64,000 nucleotides of DNA from Eledone cirrhosa. Taxonomy: Eukaryota. Below, piece after piece: positions 12,440 to 27,278 of the stretch (position 1 is its first letter; each line of letters starts with the position of its first letter). The stretch covers positions 329,716,001 to 329,780,000 of the forward strand of contig OZ024742.1 of NCBI GenBank assembly GCA_964016885.1, in the 5' to 3' direction. The notes beneath the pieces were generated by a model. That model was not told where the DNA came from and did not search any database. It was given only the letters and a program-made list of their open reading frames with translations. The translations under genes and the position numbers were made by a program.

Positions 12440-14269
12440 ATAGCTAGCAACTACAGGATCTCCTACTTCCTCTCAATGGTTATACGCCCCATAATCAAGA
12501 TGTCCCCAGATTTATGTGAAAGTACAGAGGACCTCCTCAGCAGAATCAGTGAGTGCAACAAAAACAGGAGCCTATCCAACTGCATAATAGGCAGCATGGA
12601 TGTAGTGTCACTGTACCCATCCATTAACATTGATTTTGCTGTGAAAAGATGTGTGGAGATGATCATTGAGAGTAAGGTGGAGTTCTGCGACGTCGACACA
12701 GACGAACTGGGCCTCCTACTTAGACTTACCTACGACACTGACTACCTAGACAGCCATGACCTTAGATGATTCTGCCCTAGTAGACCTATAAGAGGTAGAC
12801 ACCCCACCATAACCTCAATGGCTAAAAAGACTCCCATAGGAAGGTGGATTGGGTGGACCAAAGCCATACGGACCCCCCAAAACACTGATCAGGCAAGAAA
12901 AATGGTCGCACATGCAATAGGGGCTAGTATCAAAACTACCCTAAAGGGCCACATATTTAAGTTCAATGAGAAAATCTACACCCAAAATGAGGGAGCAGCC
13001 ATCGGCGTCAGAATAGCTGGTGATGTTGCCAACCTTTTCATGGTATGGTGGGAAAGGAGACTTAAAGATCTCCTTAATGAAAGCTCCATAGACCTCATCA
13101 TGTACTCTCGTTATGTAGATGATATCAATATAGTTATAAGAACACCCCCACTAGAGAGCACTAACAAGTTTGATTTAGAACGTAGCATGATGGAAAGCAT
13201 CCAGCAGATAGCTAATTCCATACACCAGAGTATAACTGTAACTATAGACTTCCCTTCCAAACACCCTAACAATAGACTACCTGTATTAGACACAGAACTC
13301 TGGATTAACACTATAGACGAGAGAGCCCAAATTCTCCACTCACACTATGCTAAACCCATGGCCTCCAAATACCTGATACTCAAAAACTCAGCAATGTCCA
13401 GTAGTGCTAAGTTTAATATTCTGATCGCAGATTTGGTACGAGTGATGAAGAATGTGTCCAGCATGTGCAACCCAACAGAAATGGAAGGACACATCCAACA
13501 CTTCATCAACCGCATGAAGTTATCTGGCTACAACCAAAGAGACAGAGTCAGAGTATACGAAGGAGCCATGGAAAAGTATAAGACCCTCATAGAACTGGAC
13601 ATGAAAGGAATCTGCCCACTATACAGGAGCAAATCATGGAATAGCTTAGATAGGGCTAGACATAAGGTAGGGAAGGCCACATCATGGTACGACAACCAGA
13701 GATATCAGAGTGTCATGTTCGTGGACGCCACCCCTGGAGGGAAATTAGCTAACCAGTGTAGAAAGGCCCTGAGAAAGACCCACTTAAAAATAAAGGTGGT
13801 AGAAAAGCCAGGACCCACCATAAAATCCCTGATCAGCAAAACCTACCCTTTTAAGAAAATCCACTGTACCAATAGGAAATGTATCATATGTAAGGTGAAC
13901 CCCCGGATAAACTGTAAAACTAGAAACGTAGTCTATAGCATAAGATGTACAGAGGGTACTTGCAGAAACATGACAACAACATACATAGGTGAGACAGCTC
14001 GTAGCATAGGTGAAAGGATAGACCAACACTGGGGGGAACTAAAAGGACGAAAAAACGGGTCAGTACTATACGAACATGCTAGACAACAACATGACGGTAA
14101 CATAGACAACATAGAAATTAGAATAATATCTAAACATAGGAATGACCCAGCAGATAGGCAAATCAGAGAGGCCAGTGAAATAGAAATTAGAAGACCAAAG
14201 CTAAACAGAAAGAATGAGTGGAACAACAACAACACCCAAACAAACAACACTGACCTAAGAGAAGTATAA
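12440..14269 (+). pseudogene. PLE RT + GIY-YIG endonuclease, interrupted by one in-frame TGA (12767-12769)
   Basis: ORFs 12326-12769 and 12818-14269 share a frame. Motifs SMDVVSLYPSI, QNEGAAIG, RYVDD, LPVLD, CIIC..C, VVYSIRC...YIGETARSIGERIDQH, R..EA..I...P.LNRK. Confidence 0.9.
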
Positions 14270-14544
14270 ATAAGTAAATAAAATAAAATAAAATAAGATA
14301 AATAAATGCATACACAAGCACAATAACAACAAGCACATAAACACACACTAGTCACCCAGCAGACACAACACTATACACACTAGTCACACATCACACATAA
14401 CACTATACACACACGCAAACGCATGCGCAAAGAAGACAAAATAAAATAAGATAAACAAACAAGTAAATAAATAAATAAATATATAGACAGACTGAATAAA
14501 AAATGGCGTAGACATACAACACAACAGGAGGAACAATGAATATA

Positions 14545-14590
14545 ACACCACTGACGATGTTGCAGATGTGCAACGAAAGATTTATGTAAA
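14545..14590 (+). ncRNA. Hammerhead-like motif in the family-1 pLTR (mirror at ~12086-12129, minus)
   Basis: CUGACGA-U-GUUGCA gaug UGCAAC-GAAA-GAUU-UA. Core and helix II are good, but helix I pairing is weak. Confidence 0.55.
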
Positions 14591-14801
14591 TTATGTAAAC
14601 TATATATATATATATGTGTTTGTGTCTATATTGTATCTGTATTATTTTTGACCGCCGGTCAGTCAATGGCAACATTGAGGACCGAGTAAGTTAGATCGCA
14701 GATATAATAAAAGACAGCGAGAAGCGAAAACCAACCAAACAGTGAGTGTGTTCTGTTATTAATTCTGGCAATATTACGCAAATATGACCCTCCCCAAGTA
14801 T

Positions 14802-14864
<63 letters not shown>

Positions 14865-15119
14865 TAAAAGGAATTCCAACTTTGTCTGATTTACTCGTGT
14901 TATTTACAATCCATTAACATTTATAATGGTATTATAATGAAATAGTATGATAGATTATTAAATGTTAAGTGTTAATTGAACAAGTACTTTCATGTTTTCG
15001 CAATCTTCAGGTTCATAATGTGTTGTGACAGTGAAGTTTGCAATTTTCAATATATATACATATACTATATATATCATATATATATATATGACTATATATA
15101 TCATATATATATATATGAG

Positions 15120-15168
<49 letters not shown>

Positions 15169-15170
15169 GA

Positions 15171-15229
<59 letters not shown>

Positions 15230-15271
15230 TATATGTATATATATATGAGTATATATATATATGAGTATATG

Positions 15272-15305
<34 letters not shown>

Positions 15306-15322
15306 GTAATATATATATATGA

Positions 15323-15368
<46 letters not shown>

Positions 15369-15388
15369 ATATATTTATATATTATATA

Positions 15389-17104
15389 TTAATTCAGAAT
15401 ATTAACAAAATAGATATTCTTGTGATCAATTATATTTTATTATACATATTTCAGAGGTACTGAATTAAGTTCAACAGTACGTCCTCATTAGATAGAATAA
15501 AATGATACATGACATACCCTGACATGGTAGATGGTTGAGATTTAATCAAGGTAGTGATTAACTTATGACAAAACTCAATATTTATACCCTAATATTGTGA
15601 ACATGAGATAGCGTAATACAAACAATAGAGAGGGTTCGAGTAATATATTTTAAGAAATACGTGGCTTCAATAGACGTCGAAAATCAGGCTTGATTGTTTA
15701 CTGTTGTTCGCGGACTTTGTGCGAGGCTTGGTATGTAGACAAAGCTTTATGAAGGCAATTTGAGAATAATCCACTTTTTGTGTTAATTAAGTTTTCATAA
15801 TTATTAATTATTAATAGGGTCTCCTTTGTACAGAGGTTGCACTTAATTGATATTGAAGAGATTGTATAAATTCCACTATTACAAAGCTTCGTCCGAAAGA
15901 TCGAGTATTTAAATTTTTTTCTTTTAATGACCATATAAACTGTGATAAAGAAGTTGTAGACTTCCTATTAAAATTATTATTTATATTTGAAAGGTATCGC
16001 CTCAACTACGAACAAATCATTTTTTTTTTCTACTTTTGGCACAAGGCCAGCAATCACCCAGTGCATTACTGGTACTTTATTTTATCGACCCCGTAAGGAT
16101 GAAAGGCAAAGTTAACCTCGACGGGATTTGAACTCATATCATACAGGGAGGTAACTCTATGCTTCAAAGCATGGTGTCCGACGCCCTACCGATACTGCCA
16201 ATCCACCGCAACTATGAACAAATAATAAACTATAATCTTGGTATATTATGATCAATACATATATATAGTTGAAAATTCTGACTTCTTTAAGTTTAATTAT
16301 AAGGCCGGTTGATACTTTAGGCACTCAAACTATTTAACAATACATTTTTTAATTATTATAAATTATATTATAGAAACTGTTGTCAATATTATAAGTAATT
16401 TTGGTCGTGGGGATATAAAACATTATATATATATATATATTTTCATTCTCGTGTTTCGTAAATCCTTTGAATTTGTTTTCATTTAATTTGAATTTTAGAA
16501 ATTTAACATAATTATATTATAATATTAATACAAATACCTATTAACTTTTTAAACCTAAAATATGATTATTTACCATGAAATAACATAAATTAAATATTTT
16601 GAAAATTAACCGCCAACTATATTATATAGAAATCTGTGTGTATAAAAAGTTGAACATATATTACTCGCCTTTTGTTTCACTCTCTCTTTAATCATCTTTC
16701 ATCTGTTTTCTCAAGTCGCATACTAAATACGTCATCACATCAGCTGTTTCTTCCTCTATATTTTCCTTTCCCTTCTCTTTCTCTAGTAATTTTTAAAAAT
16801 TAAAAATGTTATAACTGTTATATTGAAGCCATATATTTCTTAAAATATATTACTCGCATCCTCTCTATTGTTTGTATTACGATATCTCATGTTCACTATA
16901 TTAGGGTATAGATATTGAGATTTGTCATAAGTTAATCACTACCTTGATTACGTCTTAACCATCTACCATGGCAGGGTATGTCATGTATCATTTTATTTTA
17001 TCTGATGAGGACGTACTGTTGAACTTAATTCAGTACCTCTGAAATATGTATAATAACATATAATTGATCACAAGAATATCTATTTTGTTAATATTCTGAA
17101 TTAA
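15389..17104 (-). mobile_element. Decayed Naiad-like PLE remnant with inverted pLTRs (15389-15670 and 16821-17104)
   Basis: Minus-strand GIY-YIG C-terminal relic at 15698-16005 (TSLSQFIWSLKEK, KCNLCTKE...LIN..SNCLHK). Hammerhead-like CTGATGA..GTACTG...CAGTAC..GAAA TATG TA at 17002-17050, with a CTAATGA variant in the mirror arm. Confidence 0.75.
16018..16208 (-). mobile_element. SINE with ~15-bp TSD
   Basis: CAACTA(C/T)GAACAAAT at 16003-16017 and 16209-16223. Same core as the other SINE copies. Confidence 0.8.
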
Positions 17105-17220
17105 TATTAATAACTCTGGAAAACATTATAAGTTAGAGTGCTTCCAATCTATTGTAAAACTCATTCTTTGATGTATTCATTGAATCTTGTTTAACTCTTA
17201 TATATATATATATACATATA

Positions 17221-17565
<345 letters not shown>

Positions 17566-17641
17566 CAAAGGAATTGTGGTAAGGAACCAGATGGAACATA
17601 ACGCACCAGAGTACTCAATACTTAGTGTAGTATAGTGGGAA

Positions 17642-18109
17642 ATGGGAAAACATATGACCCCGACGGCAGAGCTGAAGCCGTTTCGACGGCTATTTCTGGG
17701 AAACAACGAATGCCGAGAACGCAACGTGATCTACCAGTGCAACGTGATGACGGACACCTCCACCAAAGCCTATATAGGATTAACCGCGTGTGACTTCAAG
17801 ACCCGACTCTACCAACACCGACATACTTTCCGAAACTCGGTCCGGCGACATGTACCTACGCTTTCGGGCCACAACTGGGACCTCCAAGATAATAATATAA
17901 CATACAATCTCTCTTGGAGCTTACTGTCCAGAGCTAACTCTTACACGGGAGGACGCCGTCCATGTAACCTATGCTCGGAGGAAACATTACAAATGTTGTT
18001 TTCGAAGGAACGACGCCTAAACAAGAAAGACCAACTGGTAACCGCATGCAAACACAGATTGCATTGGACTTACCTCGCCCTCAAACCCCATAACGACCCG
18101 GGTGGGTAG
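17642..18109 (+). pseudogene. Isolated GIY-YIG endonuclease fragment of a Naiad-like PLE
   Basis: C..RNVIYQC...AYIGLT..DFKTRLYQHRHTF..LS.H.W.L...CNLCSEE...LNKK..LVTACKHR. The probable pLTR follows, with a decayed hammerhead at ~18890-18925 (GGAT gtga ATCC GAAA TATA TA GGG). Confidence 0.8.
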
Positions 18110-19560
18110 ACAAGGGCTTATACCCCGCCACCCCCACACTTGCTGAACAAGTTAGGGGAAACCCCAGCTTACATAGGTAGATGTGTCTCTTTTCCTCTAT
18201 GTCTTCTTCTTCCCCCTGTCACATTCTATCACATCCTTCCACCCCCTATTTTCTTCCTCGTCTGCTTTTCTCCTTTCGCCTAACCCGATGCAGCCCATCG
18301 GGCCTCTGTAGCATCAGTTCCCCCACCCCTCTAATTTTAAGATAGAATTGGCCGAATACGCTTTACTAACTACTTATAGCAGATGAGTTAGACCCCTTTG
18401 ATTTTTTCTATTCTCAACTTATTAACTGTAATTTTAAGGTAGCATTGTGATTTTTTTCTTCATTTCTCACTATCTAATTTTATATATTTTTTTATTTCTT
18501 TCTATTATCTTTTATTGTCTCCTACACTCAGTCGGTTTACCTATTCTATAACCTCCCTCCTCCATGTCATACACTATCCTTAGAATCTGCTGTATACATA
18601 TCACTTTCAACGCTTGACCGACTCCACTCACTCCCCTCTTGTTCTATAGGGAAGTTCAGCCACCCCTAACCTCCTACCAAATGCCATGATAGACCTATTT
18701 GTGTTTACAACAAATTTTAACCAATCGTCTTGACAACTACAATCTTCCCATATAAGTAAGTACCCCCTTATCAAGTTCGGGTATTTATTCAAAAGATTTA
18801 TTCAAAAGATATTCAAAACAACGGACAGCGGAGGACACGTTTCGCACCTTTGCGACAAATAACCTTCTCCACCCCACCCCGGAAAAAAAACCCAGTTCAT
18901 GGATGTGAATCCGAAATATATAGGGAAAATTAAATATCTCCCAAGGTAACTCTATCTCGTGTTATTATTTTTATTTTTACGCTCATTCCTACGTTCTTCT
19001 ATACAATTCTTATCAACAGAAATAGCTCTACAATTAAGGAGCCGTATATATATATATCTATTCTGTTGAGAAGAATTTTGACTGCTATTTCTAGTTGTCG
19101 AATACCTTTTCACGCCAGTGAAACGAAACCGCTATCTTGTGTGGACGCAACACGTGGTAACGGATAGTTGAAGAATTGATCTCGCTCTGTAAGCACGAAT
19201 AGCTGGGAATTATCCCTTTCCTTGTTGACAATCCAATAATATCCACTTTCCGTGAATTACCATCTGATTATTTGGTGAAATATATTTCTTTAATGGGATA
19301 TATACAAGGAAGGTTAATCACACTTAAAGGTAAATATTGCCTAAACTAGCTATGCGCGGTTACACGCAAGCTAAAATTATCTCCTGTGATTATTCATGTA
19401 TTTTTATATGTTAATCAATCTCTAGTTATTATAATATGGTCAGATTTATTTATCTTTGAGCTTAAATTTTCAGGATATATGGCGCATGCATTATGTCATG
19501 ACACCCATGATTTCGATTTAGATTAAATTCATTTAATTCATTTATCTTAATTTTGGACTT

Positions 19561-19735
<175 letters not shown>

Positions 19736-21429
19736 GTATTAGTTATACTATTTATGGTTATGTAAACACAAAACCTTAAGCAGTTGTAAGTATTTTACAC
19801 ACACCCTAAATAGTGGTAGGCAGTAATGTATTACTACCTTATTACCAGTAAGTTAAGTAGCTCAATGTAAAAACATCAGATGATTTACAGAGCAGTTATA
19901 TGAAATATAAGAATCAAAGAACTGCTCAAAACATTATTGTGCTTACAGCTGTTTCCTCCAAACCGAGGTTTGGATTCTTCGGAGCAATTTATTAATGCAT
20001 GGACAGTTATATGACCTCCCCTTCAGCCGAGAGACATACCAATACATATTCAAACATTGATACATATTCAAACATTGTGGGTCAACATTCATTACAGAAT
20101 TTAGAGTGGCAGTACACACTTCGAGATTACATTTATATTAATAGGTACAATCAAAAATCAAAGATATAGGTTAAAGTACAACATGAAGATAAGTGGTTAT
20201 ATAGTGCAAATGTTATATGTGTGGCACGCATGTGCGTCTTGTTTATATAGTGTGGCAGAGAGATATGTGTGGTAGAGGCACTTAGGTAGGTAAATAAGAG
20301 TGTTAGGTTGGTAGATCTGGTGGCAAAGTCTTTATATGATTGATATAGTCTGTGTGTGGAGAAATATTATAAGCATTAAAGATAGTGCAAGCATTAAAAG
20401 TGTTATAAGTATTGGAGATGCACAGCGCAGGGATGTCAAGTAATTCATGTACTTCGGTATTTTCATGGTCAAGGGAGTGTATATTTCGATTATATGCCTT
20501 TCACATAATCCACGACAATCCAGTTAGAGATCGTAGTCTGGTGCTCTTTAGTTCGATACAGGTGGTTGTTACGTTTCGAGAGACGCCATTGAATACCGGA
20601 AGTGTGTGTGTGGCTAAGGGGAGTTAATGCATGCGGGGAGGTAACTCTGGGGTTTCTATATCTAGCCATTAAAATGTGTCTCAATATAGACCCTAAATTC
20701 CATGGTGAGGTGCACCTTCCAAGAGAGACTTTTAAAGCATAAAGTGTACTAACTATAGAGTAGTTTAACTAAATTATGCTGAAGGTGATCATATTATTAT
20801 TAGGGTGGATTAACCCATCTTAAGGTGCTACAAATGGAAATTATAGATGATGAGCGAGGATTCTAAATTAATGATCTCCATGGTTGTAGTCTGCTCATAT
20901 GACCAGGCGCGGTGATTGCAGGATTGCTTCAGGACCCAATGATCTCTGGTAAGATCCGGGTCATCGCTTGCTACATTGGATGTCGAAAGATAATCATCCC
21001 CAGGCAGGCCAAAGGTCAAGCCGCAGTCCTCGCGACCCCTCTCTGACCGTCAGATCATCCATATACGTACAACCCGCACGGCAGTTGCATTGCATTCACT
21101 CACTGCGCTCAGCGGCCTGGTCGTACTGGTCAACAGCGCTACTCGATTAAATCATTTTACATCTGTCTAAGGAAGGTGTTTCCTCTGCCCAACACCATCC
21201 AACCGATCAATTCATGCTCAAATTACCCTTAGAGCGGCGTAGTGCCGTCCAGGTGGGTGGATGTTGTCACACCTGCCGTAGAGGTATAAATGGGTATTTT
21301 CCCTGCGAAGGGTTCCAGAGGGATGTCGTTGTTTGTGTTATAATGGATCAGCTAGCGTTGGGTATGTAGTATAGGGTGTGTCTCTGGTGTTTGATGCTAG
21401 ATGTGGTGTTAGGTTCCAGTCCGACATTG

Positions 21430-23220
21430 CTATATATGGGGCTTAAAGTTTTGGAAGGAATGTCTGAGGCGGTGCTGGCAAGTTGCAAACACCTCAGATT
21501 TTTTGTTAAGTAGGTTACGGTTGGAGAAGATAATATTGTGTGTCTCTAGTATACAGAGGTTACAGAATTTATTAGGTGGTTTGTACGAGGTCGCGTTGCC
21601 TATCACTTCCCATTTGAGTGTGTATGGTTTATTTTTAGATTTTAGATAGTGAATGTAGCTAGAAAGTGAGGTGGAGTTGGCTAGGCTGTGCTTTTTGAAC
21701 GAGTGGATGTGCGAGTTATATCTAATTTTGAAGCAGTTAGAAGTGGAGCCTACATAGGTTTCTGAAGAGTTATTAGTCGTGACTGTGCATGAGTATATGA
21801 CATCCTTGGTTAGGCAATTTTTTATCTAAAGGGCAGGTTCTATTAGCTCTACAGTTACAATTATTCTGTGCGTTAGTCCGCTGGTTATAATGCAATGCGG
21901 AAGTCTGTGTGGTGGGTATAGGATTTTGGGTGTTCAGGTTGACAACCCTGGTGTTATTACTTATACTAGTGTTATTTCTATTGTTACTGCCGTTGCTATT
22001 GTTGCTTGCTACAGTGGTATTTAGAGGGTTTGCATCCCGTTGCGATTTTGTTTGTTGGAAGTAAGAACTAATTTTACTATTATTGCTGCTAGCTATGTGG
22101 TATGCTAAGTTAGGCGTCGTGGAGTATGAGATTTTAATGGTGTTTTTGTTTAAGAGGTTGTGGTACTTGTGTCCTAGAGGGAAGTTTTTATCTAGTAGTG
22201 AGAAGAAAGCCCTAGGTATGTTGGTGGAGACATTTAGGTTGAAAGGAGGGTTGAAAAATGTATTATTTCTTCTTCTATTTTTGCTTTTAGTGTTTGGTGT
22301 GTTGCTTCCTCCTAAGGCCTCACAGTAGTTTCCATGGTAATGGTTACTTCCGGTGGCACCCTCCGCTTTGGTGTACTTGTGGTTGCTATTCCTATTATTA
22401 GATTTCCTCATGGACATGTTGTGCGAGATGATGTTGTAGCTATGTGTTTTCTTAGGTAGGAACTCAATTTCTATATTATGGCCGGAGCTAGCTAATGCTT
22501 GATTGTAATATTGTGAGTTTTTGCTAAATATGTTTGCGTCATAGGACAGACTAGAGATTCTATTGGACACCCCCTTAGAGATAGAGTTTAATATTGATCT
22601 AGGGTGATTAGACTTGGTATCTACGTAAATAAGTTTCTCATTAGGCTTATGGAAGGGTGTATATATTTTTGAGTCTAGGTATAGTGTGGCGTCTAGGAAG
22701 TTAACATTTTTAGTGTTTTTGTCCATGGTGATGCTAAGGTTAAAGTTTTTGAATGTCTTATGCAGTTGTTTTCTAGTTCTTTCTATATTAAATTTCTTAT
22801 ATTCTATGAGTAGAAGTGCATCATCGCGGTACAAACCACCGTTGAGGTAAGGGAGGTCTTTATGGATTTCATTGAGGAGGTATAGGCCGACCAAATCAGT
22901 GACCTGCGCCGAGTCACTAGATCCCATGGTTATGTCGAAGTTGTTGTGCGTATCCTTGCGTGTCCATAGTTGGTCCTCGAAGGTGATTATGGTTTTACGG
23001 GCCGCAAGGATGACATCAACCTGGGCTCTAGTCAGGTCGCTATTGGTCATGGCCATGATAAGTGCCTTATTTAATAGGATAGGGGAAATAGAGGTGTAGT
23101 ATGAATTGATATCAAATTGAATAAATTTTTTGTTCTTATTATTCTTGATATCCTTAAACCATTCAATTACTTCACCCGTATTTCCCCATTGTTTAAGGTG
23201 TATCTTGTGTTTAACTTGTG
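21430..23220 (-). pseudogene. PLE RT + C-terminal GIY-YIG; one homopolymer frameshift at 21818-21823
   Basis: Frame is open upstream of 23056 (QWGNTGEVIEWF...FIQFDINSYYTSI). Motifs FDITMGSSDSAQ, GGLYRDDAL, VNFLD, CNC...CPL. After removing one A it reads CLTKDVIYSC...YVGST...FKIRYNSH...CNLC..E...LLNKKSE..TCQHR, stopping at 21430. Confidence 0.88.
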
Positions 23221-23841
23221 TTTAACTTCCGGTATTCAATGGCGTCTCTCGAAACGTAACAACCACCTGTATCGAACTAAAGAGCACCAGACTACGATCT
23301 CTAACTGGATTGTCGTGGATTATGTGAAAGGCATATAATCGAAATATACACTCCCTTGACCATGAAAATACCGAAGTACATGAATTACTTGACATCCCTG
23401 CGCTGTGCATCTCCAATACTTATAACACTTTTAATGCTTGCACTATCTTTAATGCTTATAATATTTCTCCACACACAGACTATATCAATCATATAAAGAC
23501 TTTGCCACCAGATCTACCAACCTAACACTCTTATTTACCTACCTAAGTGCCTCTACCACACATATCTCTCTGCCACACTATATAAACAAGACGCACATGC
23601 GTGCCACACATATAACATTTGCACTATATAACCACTTATCTTCATGTTGTACTTTAACCTATATCTTTGATTTTTGATTGTACCTATTAATATAAATGTA
23701 ATCTCGAAGTGTGTACTGCCACTCTAAATTCTGTAATGAATGTTGACCCACAATGTTTGAATATGTATCAATGTTTGAATATGTATTGGTATGTCTCTCG
23801 GCTGAAGGGGAGGTCATATAACTGTCCATGCATTAATAAAT

Positions 23842-23888
23842 TGCTCCGAAGAATCCAAACCTCGGTTTGGAGGAAACAGCTGTAAGCA
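23842..23888 (+). ncRNA. Type I hammerhead with U4C core variant in the pLTR (mirror at 19940-19986, minus)
   Basis: UGCU-CCGAAGA-A-UCCAAAC cucg GUUUGGA-G-GAAA-CAGCUG-UA/AGCA. Confidence 0.7.
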
Positions 23889-23928
23889 CAATAATGTTTT
23901 GAGCAGTTCTTTGATTCTTATATTTCAT

Positions 23929-24046
<118 letters not shown>

Positions 24047-24230
24047 TATTATAAAATAACAGGAGGCTGGACTGGGGTAATTCCTTAAAAGGGAAACAAT
24101 TGTAACACAACATAAATTGAGTTCAAATGCAGCACTGATTTTTCGCTTTCTATTCTATCATACTCTGCCCACCGGCATACCGCCTCTGGAAGCATCTTAG
24201 CTACCAACAGACACATAGACACAAACACAC

Positions 24231-24397
<167 letters not shown>

Positions 24398-25678
24398 GGT
24401 TTCCGTCCAGTTTCACTCTACGTAATTTCATTCTCACGAATTTTGTCTATCAGCCGAATTCCAGGTAATTTTACTGGAATTCACACAATAAAATCACAAG
24501 AAGAAATATGTAATATGTTAAAATATAATGGTGAGTTTTAAAACCTATATTATAATTTAAATTAATACCCTAGTTGTTCTTATTATTCCGCATTATGCAC
24601 TTGTCTCATTTATAAATTACATGGCGAAAATAGGAAAGGAATGTGTTTTTTGTACACGTGTGACTATTTTAGTAGAATCCTACATGACATAATTTATGTA
24701 GTAAGCATTTCTCTTCGCTTTCAAAGAGGGGAAAATGTGTTGCGAGTTTCGAATTGCAAGCTGCACTTACCATATGTAAGTTCGTGTATCCAATTGCTGG
24801 TCCAACAGAACTAAGTTATGCAAACAACTGACCAAAGCTACTCAAAAAGGAACTGTTTAGGGGAACAAATGCAATGGACTTCAAAGGACGTAACAACCTC
24901 AAGGAATGGAACGGTAAAAATTTCCGGTATCCCATGTGACACACGATACAGATGGTGGACGGAAGTGGTGAACAACTCCTTCATGCAGCGACTCAATGAC
25001 TAGTGAGGGTTAAGTGTATGTAGAAGTGATGTGAACTTGAGCATTCTGTGAAAATCTAGATGAAAAATTAAACATCCACACCGAATATATTCCGGTTGAG
25101 ATTTACATGCAGGGAATAGCAGAAGTCCGTTTCTTCCCAGATACGTAAATTGAAAATATTTCCTTAGATTGTCCTGCAGTAGTGTCCATAGCTATTATTG
25201 GAAGACAACTAAAGTAACAATGTTTTATTGAAGCATATAATTAAAAAATGATTGCTTGCTACACTAATTGCTATAACAATGTTTTAGAAATACTAATTAG
25301 AAACACAGCAGGTTATATACTGCAATGTTAGAACTACAGAATTAATATTGATGAGATGAAAACTCATTTTCTGAAGTGTGTCGAAGTGCAGTGATGCACA
25401 TATATATCATCCCGTATCAAGTAATTGGAAACATGTAATACAACAGCGACAGATTATACTTTGACTCATTTTTGGAGAGTGCAGTTGATAATTACGATAA
25501 TGGTCTCGAAGCTAACGTCCATCATCTACAAGTATTTGCGGGTAATATTGAAGCATATGTAATGCATTCTTTGAAACTGGAATAACACTTTGCTCTTATT
25601 TTATTATATGTACCAATAAATATTTTGATATGACACATTTTCTAGACTTAGCGAACATTTGCTTTTGTTCCTACATGT

Positions 25679-25827
25679 ATAGTGAAATGAAGTCAGCATT
25701 TCAAATATGATGTGGTAATTCAAATAATATGTGGTTATTACGTTATGCCACATAGTGAAAAGAAGTCAGCATTTCAAATATGATGTGGTAATTAAAATAA
25801 TATGTGGTTATTACGTTATGCCACATA
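25679..25827. repeat. 73-bp tandem duplication
   Basis: AGTGAAA.GAAGTCAGCATTTCAAATATGATG... at 25681 and 25754. Confidence 0.85.
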
Positions 25828-26299
25828 ACTACCTATCGAATATATTAATTCAGTATCGTGTAAGGGTGACAGAGTTGAGCGGCCAGTCAAAAGTCGCGGA
25901 TTTGAATTCTGGATGCGGTGACTTTTATCCGAAACCAAACGCTTCATTTTATACTGGTTTACACAATATAAATGGAGACATATCATTTGTACAATAACAT
26001 TGATAGAAGAAGATACATATTTTATGAAAATCGGCTACACAGTCATGGGCTTTAGCCCTAAAGATTGTCATTCATTATTGTTGACCACCGAAAAAATAAT
26101 AATATTGCCACAACTAACTTGGTACATATGTCGCTTTTTTTATAATCTCGAGCCCGGTTTGATTTCAAGGATGTAATGGTAAACTTATGGTTATTACAGC
26201 TAATTTCTCTCCAAGACAAAACTATTCAATGTGTTATATATTTTTTAAGGCAGATGGCAAATTCGAATATGCATTTAGTGCTATTAATATCTAGCCGCA

Positions 26300-26515
26300 G
26301 GTCGGCGGAGTGGCAATATCGGTGGTGTCTCAGATACCATGCTTTGCAGCATAGAGTTACGGCCTTTTGTGATCTGAGTTGAAATCGTACCGAGTTACAC
26401 TTTGCATTTCATCCTTACGGGGTCAATAAAATAAAGTACTAGTAACGTACTGGTGTCGATTTAATCGACTTTCCCCGCACCTCAAATTGCTGGCCTTTTG
26501 ACTATATAAGAAATC
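26300..26515 (+). mobile_element. SINE (same family, diverged), followed by further SINE fragments to ~26930
   Basis: GGCGGAGTGGCA...CTGAGTTGAAATC...TTTCATCCTTACGGGGTCAATAAAATAAAGTAC. Confidence 0.7.
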
Positions 26516-27227
26516 ATTATTATAGGCTCGTAGTTGTGAAGCATGCTTTGTGGCATATACTTCCGTTGTCAGTTCACCTTTTATCCCTGAGTTTAGCTTA
26601 TACAATCATCCTTACGAAGTCGACAAAGTAAAGTTTCAGTAACACATTGGTGCCTACAAGAGAAACGATTATTAAATAGTCTCACCTAGGAATGGGTGGT
26701 GAAGAATTTGGCTTCGCCGCCATGATGTTCTAGGTCCACTGCGACTGAGCATCCTTGCGCAAGCGTCTTCTAGTATGGACACAGGTTTATATCCCGTTGC
26801 TTAACTGTTTGACAAAATCGTCTAGGTTCAATAAGTATGAAATATGAAAAGATAATACTCGGGTCGATATGACAGACTAAATCAAGACAGTGTCCCATCA
26901 TGCTGCAGTATATTGGCAGAAATCCTGAAAAGTATAAAATAATCCTAATATTACCGAATCACCTGCTACATCTGATATTTTAACACTAAACACCGTATAT
27001 TAAAAGTAAACTCCCCGTTAAGAGAGAGCATCAAACTATATCTATTCCAGTTGAAAGCTACTTCCATTCCATTAGACATGAAAGATTAAAATATATAACC
27101 TCATACAAAATGTAGCAATATAATAAATCAATACCTGTTAATAATATTGCAAAAAGTCTCGGCGTTTGATTAATATCAAAATGTTGATATTCATGATGAA
27201 AACGCGAGCAACCACTATGATAATATG

Positions 27228-27277
<50 letters not shown>

Positions 27278-27278
<1 letters not shown>

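Noticed and set aside
21430-21860. Selenoprotein-type Naiad ORF
   Set aside because: All conserved Cys positions use TGT or TGC, and there is no in-frame TGA.
24065-24120. Hammerhead-like GAAA-CAATTG-TA
   Set aside because: The upstream core reads CTGGGGT and helix I does not pair. At best a heavily decayed relic.
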